Source of the DNA: Octopus bimaculoides
Taxonomy: Eukaryota
Assembly: GCF_001194135.2 (NCBI RefSeq)
Contig: NC_068994.1
Coordinates: 34,657,653 to 34,721,652 of the forward strand
Direction of reading: 5' to 3'
DNA length: 64,000 bases
Shown: one piece after another, positions 1 to 11,659 of the stretch
Layout of the letters: every line of letters starts with the position of its first letter
Position numbering within the stretch: position 1 is the stretch's first letter
Translations under genes and position numbers: made by a program
The notes under the pieces: generated by a model
Database searches by the model: none
Told to the model about the DNA's origin: nothing
The model's input: the letters and a program-made list of their open reading frames with translations, nothing else

Positions 1-417
1 TCAAATTCTCTTATACAATCAGAGCCATTTATTTGCAATTTTCCATGAAAATCGTTCTGGTCATTGAAATGCTCATGTTCAGAAAGACTAGGGTAAATAT
101 TATCTGGGTTGTAAACCTGTAAAGTTTGGCAACAGGAAGCATATTGAGACGTAGAAAATTTGCCTTAACAAATTTCATCTTGCCCAAGCAAACATGGAAA
201 AGTGGATGCTAAAATTATGATAAGGAGGATTGTACGAAAGTAATCATCCATACTTCAGAAAGAAAAAAAATTATTATATGGTTGTGTGGTTAACAAACTC
301 ACTTTGAAACTTCATCGTTTCAGGTTCAGTTCCACTGTGTGACACATGTGGAAAATGTCATTTAAGTGTCCTGGGCTTTATAAGTGGATTTAGTAGACAG
401 AAACTGTGTAGAAGCAT

Positions 418-457
<40 letters not shown>

Positions 458-927
458 NNNNNNNNNNNNNNNNNNNNNNNNNNNNNNNNNNNNNNNNNNN
501 NNNNNNNNNNNNNNNNNNNNNNNNNNNNNNNNNNNNNNNNNNNNNNNNNNNNNNNNNNNNNNNNNNNNNNNNNNNNNNNNNNNNNNNNNNNNNNNNNNNN
601 NNNNNNNNNNNNNNNNNNNNNNNNNNNNNNNNNNNNNNNNNNNNNNNNNNNNNNNNNNNNNNNNNNNNNNNNNNNNNNNNNNNNNNNNNNNNNNNNNNNN
701 NNNNNNNNNNNNNNNNNNNNNNNNNNNNNNNNNNNNNNNNNNNNNNNNNNNNNNNNNNNNNNNNNNNNNNNNNNNNNNNNNNNNNNNNNNNNNNNNNNNN
801 NNNNNNNNNNNNNNNNNNNNNNNNNNNNNNNNNNNNNNNNNNNNNNNNNNNNNNNNNNNNNNNNNNNNNNNNNNNNNNNNNNNNNNNNNNNNNNNNNNNN
901 NNNNNNNNNNNNNNNNNNNNGAGACGA

Positions 928-1065
928 TAAGAAATGGAGCAATAATTAACAATGAGAAGTAGATCATTAGTGTTTTAAAGTCATTGTTTAATTTAATTTA
1001 ATTAAACAATGACTTTGAAACACCAATGATCCACTTCTCATTGTTAATTATTGCTCCATTTCTTA
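928..1065. repeat. 138-bp near-perfect palindrome (66-bp arms, 3 mismatches, ~6-nt loop)
   Basis: taagaaatggagcaataattaacaatgagaag...cttctcattgttaattattgctccatttctta. Confidence 0.9.
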
Positions 1066-1070
1066 ACCTG

Positions 1071-1162
<92 letters not shown>

Positions 1163-2861
1163 TGTATGATTGGGCATGCTCCACTAGCACCACCACAACT
1201 CTGGTGTTGATTTGTGTTTCTCCCTGTAACTTAGAAGTTCAGCAAAAGAGAGTGATAGAATAAGTATTAAACGTAAAAGAATAGTACTGGAGTCAATTTG
1301 TTCAAAGTAAACACTTCAAGGCAGTACCCCAGTATGGTCGTAGCCCAATAACTGAAACAAGTAAATGATAAAAGATAATGTAAGGACAAATGAAGAGATT
1401 AGTAGAAAAGTGTGTTAGAAAAGAACTTATAACTTTATAACAAATGTGTTTGTTGGATAGATTTAGCTACCACTTAGACATATGTAACATGCAGTTTGCA
1501 GCACTTAAAGGAGAGGGTAGCAAAATAAAATAAAATAAAATAAGATGAAAACAAAAAAAAAATGGATGTAGTTGGTGGGGTTATATAAACCCTAGCATAT
1601 TAAATTGTGGCAGGGAAATAAACTACTTCACCATTTTCAAAATGAAAAGTTTTACAGTTGTATTCTATCTCAATGTTTTTAAGATATTCTCTTCAAGATC
1701 AATAATATTTTTTTTTTTTTTTTTTTTTTGCAAAAATGTTTCACGATGCTTCGTGGTATTTCAATAAATTTTTCATTAATCTCCATACAGGAACAAAACC
1801 AAAAAAAGAAAAAAGATAATACTAATAATAATAAAAAGAAGAGCCAAAAATAAACTAAAATAAAACAAAATAGATAAAAATATTTAGTGTACATTAGCTT
1901 GAGCTCGATTTCTACTTTTCATTACATTTTATCATCATCATCATTATTATTATTATTATCATTTTTATTATGTTCTATTTTTTATTATTTCCTTATTAGT
2001 TTCCCTACATTAAACACACACACACTCTCACACATTATCGATTTAAATATACAAGTACTTCCAATTTTAAATAGTCAAATCTAAATTAGTCTACTATTTG
2101 AATAAAAATAGCTAAATATAATATGATGATGACGACAACAACAACAACAGTAACAGCAATATCAAAAAACATCAATAATATTAATAATAGTAACAACAGT
2201 ACCTGCAAAAATAAATTAAAGCAAAAAAAAATGTAAGTAAAGAAAATATTGAAAATGAAAGTAGGGAAAAATGGTGAGTGAGGGTGGGGTGAGAAGCAGA
2301 GAAGAAAATGAATAAGAGAAACAATAAGAAAATGTATAGCTTCCTTGAAGGAATTTCCTCCCCCTTCAGAAAAAAGGAGGAAGAGGAAACTATAAAGCAA
2401 GGTTTAGAGTTACTTTTAGGTGCAGAAACCTTAACTGGGTAAAAAATAAAGAAAGAAAATAGAAGATAAAAACAGAAATAAAACATAATTAAAATGTATA
2501 AAAAAAGACATTAACAAAAATGAGATAAAAGCAGGGCTGCATAAGATCTAGTTGCACAACATACAGATGTATATACTAGATAGGTTGTGCTTTTCTTAGA
2601 ATAGGAGAGGATTTGTTCTGTATCTTTTGTTCATTTATATTTTTGGTTGTTAGTGTTTTTTTTTCTTTATATAGCATGTCATGTTCTGTAGAAATTCATG
2701 TTAACACTCCATGTTTTGCACTTTACTTTCTGTGCAACGAAAGTGGACCATTTTTTTCTTTTAAACATTTCCATTATTAGTTTAATAGTGTCACCTGCCA
2801 TACAGGTGTGGAGACCTATGTGCACACACATGAAAAAATGCTTAAAATGAAAGTGAATGCT

Positions 2862-2922
<61 letters not shown>

Positions 2923-3002
2923 TTATATATATATATATACACACACACACATAATTGTATACTTTCTTTCTGACAGCGACTGTAAATGGCCGAAAATGGC
3001 AG

Positions 3003-3073
3003 TTGTGATACCCCCTGGACTGTCAACAGTTTCGTCTTTAAGACCGAAGCAGTCATCAGCAGGGTCAGCACAA
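3003..3073 (-). ncRNA. Type I hammerhead-like motif with an 8-nt insertion after the CUGAUGA box
   Basis: Minus strand: uugug-cuga-CCCUG-CUGAUGA-cugcuucg-GUCU-uaa-AGAC-GAAA-CUGUUGACAG-UC-CAGGG-gguau-cacaa. GUC cleavage triplet; self-complementary stem III. Confidence 0.6.
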
Positions 3074-3249
3074 ATCTCCAGTTCCTGGACTAGATTGCCA
3101 ACAGTATATATATGTTTACACCACAGAAATCTCTCTCTATACACACACACACACACACACACACTGTCAAGCCATCCAACCTATGCACGCATGGAAAACG
3201 CATGTTAAATGATGATGATAATGATGATACATACAAGCATACATATACA

Positions 3250-3280
<31 letters not shown>

Positions 3281-3294
3281 TGCATGTGTGTGAA

Positions 3295-3540
3295 GGCACA
3301 TGGCCAAGTGCTTAGGGTGTGGCACTTGTAATTGCAAGTTTGTGGTTTCAATTCCCAGGCTGGTGGTGCATTATGTTATTAAGCAAAACATTTGCTTTCA
3401 CGTTGCTACTATTCACTCAGTCATAAATGGTTAACCTTGTGATGGACTGGTATTCTGTTCAGGTCAGCTATTGCCTACTCTCCTAACCATTGGGGTGGCA
3501 GCATTCAAAAGTTACAACAATGCAAGAAGAAACATTGTGA
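3295..3540 (+). mobile_element. tRNA-derived SINE (family E) with an accttgtgatggactgg central motif
   Basis: A and B boxes (tggccaagtgcttagg; ggtttcaattccc). The central motif resembles conserved SINE central domains; superfamily not assigned. Confidence 0.6.
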
Positions 3541-3580
3541 AAATGGTGCATAATAACATCTGATAGACTGATGAATACAA

Positions 3581-3820
3581 GCTGCATAGCCTAATCGTTA
3601 GGGTTTCAATTCCTAGACCCAGTGGTAAATTGTGTTCTTGAGCAAAACACTTCATCTTACATTGTTCTGTGATCACTTCAGCACCTGACATGTGGCACAC
3701 TGTGCACCTTTTCAGACAACATCGATTTGATGGAGAGAGAGTGAGCTATAAACAAATGATTTGTGCAGGTCATTTGGCAAAAGTGCTGAACACTCATATG
3801 TCATCTTCGATGGGAGAGTC
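3581..3820 (+). mobile_element. SINE family C
   Basis: tRNA-like head (ggtttcaattcc), cttgagcaaaacact segment, tail ending catcttcgatgggagagtc. Inverted homologue at 16469-16738. Confidence 0.75.
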
Positions 3821-4654
3821 TATTATATATATATAATTATATATANNNNNNNNNNNNNNNNNNNNNNNNNNNNNNNNNNNNNNNNNNNNNNNNNNNNNNN
3901 NNNNNNNNNNNNNNNNNNNNNNNNNNNNNNNNNNNNNNNNNNNNNNNNNNNNNNNNNNNNNNNNNNNNNNNNNNNNNNNNNNNNNNNNNNNNNNNNNNNA
4001 TATATATATATATATATAGTCCAAATTTACAGAAAACAAAAGATGAAGACAAGTGTGAGAACAAGCAAGTGTATTAATCTAACACTTGGAAAGAATAGAA
4101 AAGTCTTTGTTGTTTCGAGCTTATGCTCTTCAACAGAAAAGATTGGTAAGAAAAAAAAAATGGAGGAAGAATGCAAAGAATGAGTGAGAAAAAAAATGTG
4201 TAGGGATTAACAGTGCAGTGAATAACTAGTGATAATCCAGGTAGCTACTATTCAAGCTCTTTAGTATAATCCAAGTTATGGCAAACCACATTGAATGTTA
4301 AGGAATAACCTAGGACTATCTGAGGTAAACAATCTCAATGTCTTTCATCTGATGGGTAAATCCTGAGTTTGTTTCATTGGATTGTAAACAGTTTACTGAG
4401 TGTATATCTAAGAAAATTCAAATAAATAAGGAGGATTATATATCTACACAGTTTTTATTACTACAGTCAATTATGCAGCTTATTTAATTTAAATCTCTGC
4501 CTGACATATGTTTATGCTGCATAGAAATCTTGCAACGTAGTATACATTTGCATCCTGTTTATTCATCTGATTAAGAATCTGTGCAGTTTTATTCAAGGTG
4601 TTGCCACTATTATAGTTTGAAGTGAACTAGAGGTATGATGGTTTTGAATTGTCC

Positions 4655-4772
4655 AAAGCTTGCTTCCCAACCACTTGGTTCTGGGTTCAGTCCCACTGCA
4701 TGACACTTTGGGCAAGTATCTTCTACTAAAGCCTCAGGCTGACCAAAGCCTTGTGAGTGGATTTGGAAGACA
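4655..4772 (+). mobile_element. SINE A head fragment (other heads at ~270-415, 6170-6300, 56616-56762)
   Basis: ggttctgggttcagtcccactgcatgacactttgggcaagtatcttctac...gtggatttgg. Confidence 0.75.
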
Positions 4773-4816
4773 GATACCATATTTAGTGTGGGTGAAAGGT
4801 AAGGTTGGATACTGGG

Positions 4817-4849
<33 letters not shown>

Positions 4850-5235
4850 AAGCCAAAGCCATAGAGACACATAGACTTACCTATATAATTACATATACAT
4901 ATATATACATTCATGTCATATATATATCTTGTTTGCGATGAAATTGTGGGAGGGAGCTTGAAAGTGGTTTCTTTCAGTTGCTCCCTATTTGTTTCCCTCG
5001 AGTAACTTATGCTGCATAAAGGTGAATATCGTCATGGTTAAGATTGGGGTTTGGGTTTATATATATAACTGAACATCAATGTAATTTGTGTCTTGAAAGA
5101 ATTGGGTGTCTTCCCTCTTTCTTTTCTTATCTTTTCTTTTTCTGCTGCTTAGGTAAATCTGAAAAGAAATAAAAAGGGGGAAAACGTATAAATTAAGAGA
5201 ATTTATAGTAAGAAACATGAAGATAATTAAATTAA

Positions 5236-5607
5236 TTTAATTGTGTCTCAGGAGGGTCATGATGTCAATAATAAACACATACACTGGTTATATTTCACTT
5301 CTTTATTTTGATTTGTCAACTGGATAACTGTTTAACCAATTAACTAATCAAAAGGGTTTGATTAATCGGCCAATAAGGCAGATCTGAAACAGATTTGGAG
5401 TAGAGAGGGCATGTGACTGATGAGGTCACAAATGGCAACAAAAGGACCTTGATGAGCTTAACTGGTTGACTAACTGATCAAATTATTAATCAAATAATCG
5501 ATTATTTAATTGGTTAAATTGACAAATAATAATAATAAAAGTAGTGAAATACAACCAGAGCATGTGTTTATTATTGGTGTAATGACCCTCCCAAAATACA
5601 ACTAATT
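5236..5607. mobile_element. Foldback-like element with long degenerate inverted arms (~120-130 bp)
   Basis: Left arm ggagggtcatgatgtcaataataaacacat...ttaaccaattaactaatc pairs with right arm gattatttaattggttaa...atgtgtttattattggtgtaatgaccctcc. Confidence 0.7.
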
Positions 5608-6309
5608 ACATCTCAACACATGAATTCACATCAAGAATCTTGCAAACAAAATGCAAAAATTACATCAATGGTGGTTTCTAATTTAGGCACAGTGCCAACA
5701 ATTTTAAGGGAATGGGTCAGTCCATTATAACGTGCCTAGTATGTATTTGTGTGTTTGCATATTCCTTTGAAAGCCAGTGTTGGTTTGTTTACAACTCTGT
5801 AATTTAGCAGCTCATCAAAAATTTTATCAATATCAAAGAGATGGATGAAAGGTTAAGTTGACATTTGAAGGATTCAAGGTAGAAATGATTTCCAACACTC
5901 TACTGGTTCAACTACCTTGCTGCCTTTACATAATATGATTAAATAATGAAGGGAGAAAGATTTAGTTTCAAAATGTAAGGACGAAGACTAATATATACAT
6001 TGTTGTTTCAGTAATTAAGATGCTGCCTTCAAGCGATTTTGTTATTAATCATACTGACAGCAGCACTTATTTCAGTCTGGTTCATGTTTACCAATACTTA
6101 TTTATGAAACTATGAAACCATTAAGTTATGGAACATTAAGGCACACAACATAAATACAACACTGACAGTTATAAGCATATGGTTCTGGGTTCAGTCCCAC
6201 TGCATGGCACCTTCGGTAGGTGTCTTCTAATATAGCCTCAGGTCAACCAAAGTTTTCTGAGTGGATTTGGTAGAGATGGAAACTGAAAGAAAGTTTGTCG
6301 TCATCATTA

Positions 6310-6530
6310 TCATCATCCTTATCGTTTAACGTCCGTTTTCCATGTTGGCGTGGTTTGGACGGTTCAACTGGGCTCTGGGAAGCCAGGAGGCTGCACTGGG
6401 CTCCAGTCTGATCTGGCAGTATTTCTACAGCTGGATGCCTTTCCTAACTCCAACCACTCCAGTAATGTAGTGGGTAATTTTTATGTGCCACTGGCACAGG
6501 AGCCAGTCGGAGTGAGGGGCCTGGCATCGA
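6310..6530 (-). mobile_element. RTE-tailed short element (family D; homologues at ~63040-63225 +, 12240-12370 -, 120-222 +)
   Basis: cgtttaacgtccgttttccatgttggcgtggtttggacgg next to a (CAT)n tail. Confidence 0.65.
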
Positions 6531-7058
6531 CCACATTCGGATGGTGCATTTTACATGCCACCAGCATGGGAACCACAACTACAATTTCCATTTGCTTGTG
6601 ATTTGATTTCATTTTGATTTGATGTACCTGACTCAATAGGTCACCTCAAGCACAGCATGTTGCCCTACGATCCAAAGGTACTTTTGAGTGGGCTGGTTAT
6701 GCGACACTGGTGTAGGTTACAGCTGTGATCTCCCTGAAATTTTTGTGGGGAGGGGGCCAGTTGATTAGATTGATCCTGGTACACAGCAGGCACTTAATTT
6801 ATCGACCCTGAAAGAACGAAAAGTAAAGTTGATCTCAGCAGAATTTGAACTCAGAACTTAAAGACAGACGGTCATAATATACAAACATTTCTCATGGCAG
6901 CAGCATTTTTTATATTTTCCATGAATTTTTCACAGGTCCAGCTAGTAATAATTATTTCACTAACTTGTTTATGATTTTAGACTATGATTTCAGGGAGATT
7001 TGGCTTCTATTTCTGACAATCTGCGTTAACACTTAAATACTTTTCTGTTTAGATCACA

Positions 7059-7191
7059 GAATTTTTGGGGAGTCCATGCAGAAAAATAGTAAACTGGGGC
7101 TCCACAATTGTATTTTATGGGTTCCTAAAAAGGGTTTGCTTTAGATGTATATATTGATATATATTGTGAGAAGCAACTAGGTTTCTTTCTC
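7059..7191 (-). mobile_element. Fragment of the same hAT MITE, inverted
   Basis: Its reverse complement aligns with ~8910-9045 (gagaaagaaac...attgtggagccccagttt...catggactccc). Confidence 0.75.
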
Positions 7192-8752
7192 AAAGTGAGA
7201 GTGTGTGAGTGCATATGTGTATATATACAAGTGAGTGTATATGTGTATATATACAAGTGAGTGCATGTGTGTTTGTATGAGTAAGTGCATGTGCATGCAG
7301 ACAGTGAGTGCACAAATATGTGTTTATGCGGGTACATGTAAGAGTGTGTGTGTGTTGTAGAGTGTATGTGTGTATATATATGTATGTAGAGCATGTTGGA
7401 TGCTATAGATAGCATACAAAAAGTAATAGATAGACATATCCACAAAATACAAAACAATACAAAATTCAAAATACAAAACAAAACAATGCAGAGGAATATA
7501 CAGCAACTGTGACTCATTTGAGAGTTGAGGGATTTTAAGGCAAGGGGGGGGGGGCAACCCAAAACAGATATTCCCATTAAAGCAGCTCATTTGATGAAAA
7601 TGTTAGATATTAAGCCAACAGGGAAGAATGAATCCCCAGAAGCAACCAATTTAGATGGATTAAGGTGTAAACATGAACAATTTTCTTACAGACAGACACC
7701 CAATTAAAACATCAATCTTAATTTCATTTCACAGTTAAAACCATACAATTAGTCTCTTTCATTGGTAAATTATGAGCCAATGGGGGAAGTTTCTACATGG
7801 CTAATGTAGAAATAGCAGCAAAATGTCCTGCTGAATCACACTAAAATCTTTAGCTATTTAGAAAAGATTTGAGGGATATGAAGGGGATAGTTTTTGACCA
7901 CAGGTCAATTACACAACAAACATACTTGTATATTAAAAGGTTTTCATAGCAGGGGTCAATTTCGGTTTTGAAACTAGAAAGAGGAGGAGGGATGGAAATG
8001 ATGTTGATTCCACATGGTGCAGTGAAGGCAACCTACCTAAGAGAATAGAAACTCTGAAAAAAAAAAAAAATTTAATCTGTGTGAGAGAATAGATAAGACT
8101 CATTGGTCCTGTTACAGACTACCACTTCAGAGTTAGTAGCTGATCGTAGGAAAGGCATGCAGGTGTAAAAAACATACCCTGAGCCCTTTGGCATTTAAAT
8201 TGGATATATCTGGCCCGAATATTCTACTTGTTTTATGATCAAACTGGCCAGAGTTGGTATGTCACACCTACCCTACAATATCATTCTAAGGATAAGCAAT
8301 CACTTCATCAAAATCTCAAAGCTAGAAAATAATGTGAATAAATAAGTACTACATCTGACAGAATAATATGAACACTAAAGGGTTAAAAGATGACATCATC
8401 ATTCGTTGTTATCCTTAAACATTCATTTCCTATGCTGGCATGGGTTGGTTTCATCATCATTAAACAACGGTTTTCCATGCTGGCATGGGTCAAACATACA
8501 CAGTTGCTTTGTGATCCAGATGACACTGTGAGATGCATGTTAAGTTATGACAGCAAGCAAAAACAGACACAAAATAGTTGTGTTGTTGTTGATGACGATG
8601 GTGGTGGTGGTGGTGGTGGGGAAGATTGCCATGATAATAATGTTGGTGGGGGTGAAGGATGGAGACAGGAGAAAGATACTTACAGAAATTTATAAAGTTT
8701 AACTCTTCTGAATTTTGAAGTTTTGGCTCAGAAATAAAAGAAACCTCTAATT

Positions 8753-9091
8753 CAGGGATTCTCAATTATTTTTTATCTTTCGACCCCTTTGATTACTATC
8801 TTATTTTGATGGAAACTCATAGCCATTCAATGTTTAAAACCGTCTTTCAAAATTCCTATTTTGTTTATCACACATTCACTTGTTGTAGGTTGAATTATGT
8901 AAAACATTAGAGAAAGAAACAGCTACGTTTCTTGCATTGCATACCAATACATACATCAAAAGCAAAATTATTTTCGGTGGGGCCCTTAAATTACTATTGT
9001 GGATCCCCAATTTATTCTTTTGTTGCGTGGACCCCACAAAATCTTATATGGACCCCCCAGGGGCCATATGGACCCTAGTTGAGAGCCACTG
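8753..9091 (+). mobile_element. hAT-type MITE (339 bp)
   Basis: Termini cagggattctcaa / gttgagagccactg (10/14 match). Perfect 8-bp TSD ctctaatt at 8745-8752 and 9092-9099 with a central TA. Confidence 0.85.
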
Positions 9092-10330
9092 CTCTAATTT
9101 AATCATGCAATGAAATTGAAATACATTAATCAAGTGTGAAATAAGAATTACCAGAAATTATCATTTTGGAATTTTTAACAGAAACAATAAAAGTTATGGT
9201 CAACCACAATCTGAACAGTTGATTTAAATTTGTGGGAGAACCATCAGAAAAACCCCCCAGTTTTCTGTTAACATTGAAAGGGAACAATTTTGGTCATTCA
9301 ATGTTAATTTTCTTTGTGTTAAGTAGACCTTTGTGGAAAAAGTAAGTAAGAATGAACAGTCAATGGTTAAAAATTAAGTAAAATAAACAGTCAATGATTA
9401 AAAATTAATCAAAAATAGTTTATTTGATATATTTTAATTTTATCTTTATATAAGGGATTTTGTGAAATATAGTATTTGAATTTATGAAGGTGAGAAGAGA
9501 TTGTCCATGGAACTTAGCTGAAAGAAATATCATAATGTGGAGGGGGAGGTCTTCATTACAAGGTATGAGTTTATAAATCGTATTACTGGTTTCTACATCT
9601 TTCAGTGATATCTATCATGGAAAGACACACACACACACACACACACACATGACTGTTGTCCATAATACAACCAGTAACTTTAGAAGTATACTTTTGCCAC
9701 CAGGTGTAATATTAGGAAATATGGCATACATAGAATAATTATAATTTAATTTTTTATCAAATTTGCCATTCTTGATGGCCTTTTTCTTTCCCATGCTAAT
9801 CTCCATTACATTTTTTTCTTTTGCTTATTTTCTTCCATTTTGTAGTTTCATGAAACAATCAAATGAGAAAAAACACACACACATTAAAGTGATATTCATT
9901 TCACTCAATAAAGGGGCCCAAATGTTGTAAATATATAAGCTGCTTAGATTTTTTTAATTGTTAATAAAACAGTAATTACTTTTAACTGAAATGGAAACAG
10001 AAATTTTCCAAATAGGATAACATGTTTGCCTGTGTTATTTTTTTGCTACTTTCCTTGTTTGCTATTCAACAATTAAACCTTTTTTACATATTATAAACAG
10101 TATATCAGCTACTCTTAAAGTTATATGACACTGCTATCCCGTCTGTCACTGGCTACCTATGGTTACTTAGAGACCACATAGACACACCAAAATTATCAAG
10201 TATGATTATTATTTGCAACAAAAGTATTAATACCAAAAAGCATTTTTTATATCCAACTTAACATGGATATTTTGTTAGAAAACCGAATATGGCAGTATTA
10301 GCCTTGACCATTAAGAATACACACACATAT

Positions 10331-10584
10331 ATATAGTTGCTATTACACAAAAGTGTTGTAAGTTCAAAATGTTGCTTTTTCAGAAAACGAAAAAATAATT
10401 TCACCATTCCGTAGTAAAACTGTTTTACTACACTTTAACAATTTTTGATATCTTGGCATCTGAAGCAGCTGGAGATACGATAGTTTGACCAAAAAAGCTG
10501 GCTATTGCAAACAAAAATAGATATTGAAAAAATGCATTTGGCCAAATTTGGACATAAAACAGTTTAACATAATAGCAACGATAT
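10331..10584. mobile_element. MITE with ~16-bp TIRs (atatcgttgctattatg type), long copy
   Basis: TIRs atatagttgctatta / taatagcaacgatat in a TA context. Homologous to 34539-34738. Confidence 0.75.
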
Positions 10585-11460
10585 ATTGTTAACAGACAAA
10601 GCATTGTCAGGCATTGGTTGCTGGAATAGCCAGATTAGGTGATTTTGAAATACTATGTTTCTTCAGCGACAGGTGCCTTGCTTGTCACATACCAACCAAA
10701 TCTCACTGCCAACGATGTAGTGTTTTAAAATATAATACAAAAACAATAATTAAGGCATTTTGATTAATCTTAGTAATTACAGATACTGTTTACATGGTTA
10801 ACATCGAAGATAATGGATTATAAAAAAAAATGAAAATAACTTGATCAGAAGTGACAACAGCAACAGTCCATGATTTTGTAAAGAGAACAGGTGAAATTCC
10901 TTAGTTTTATTAACAAAATTCACTCATTACACTGCATCCACAAGTATCTATCTGTCAAGTGTCTTCCAGTGAATTCTTAAATATTTCAGAAATATCAATT
11001 GAAGCACACTGATCCAATGTACTACACCCAGCAACAAACACCACTGTGAAGGCAATTTGGTGGTTTTCTTTATTTACACCACAATTTTATGAGCATATTT
11101 GGTGATACAGATTTAGAAATCATCAAAAACTATTCATGAATCTCATTTCATGCATCCATGACTTGTTATATTTTCCCATAAATGTGATTGTTTTCATCTT
11201 ATATAAAATATATGTATGGTTTTCACTTTATACAAAATATATGTACGTTCTATACATTGGTTATGTTACTGATAGTTTTACATGAAATTATTGGATTTCA
11301 TTGTCATCACTTCCAATCAATTTAATCTGAATTTTTTTTTTAAATCCCTAAACTGCATGTTAGCTTTTACATGTATGGAATCTTTGGATGTCCACAAAAA
11401 CGTAAGTTTATTTTTGTGCATTACTGATTTTATATTAGATACATACACATACATATCTAC

Positions 11461-11498
<38 letters not shown>

Positions 11499-11624
11499 GA
11501 ATGTACATACATGTGTATATAAATATATATATGAATTTACATACATGTGTGTATAAATATATGTAAATATACATACATATATGTGTATAAATATATATAT
11601 ATACATACATATAAGTATATATAA

Positions 11625-11659
<35 letters not shown>

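Noticed and set aside
358-967. Long ORFs spanning N runs (also 29674-30867 and 54282-55691)
   Set aside because: Artefacts of assembly gaps and (TA)n.
2923-3162. Protein-like frame GNLVQELEICADPADDCFGLKDETVDSPGG
   Set aside because: No good splice sites or homology; the segment is better explained by the hammerhead fold.
7525-7707. 60-aa ORF in unique sequence (also 14437-14724, 40560-40787, 62469-62672)
   Set aside because: No recognisable motif or splice architecture; lengths expected by chance or overlapping decayed repeats.
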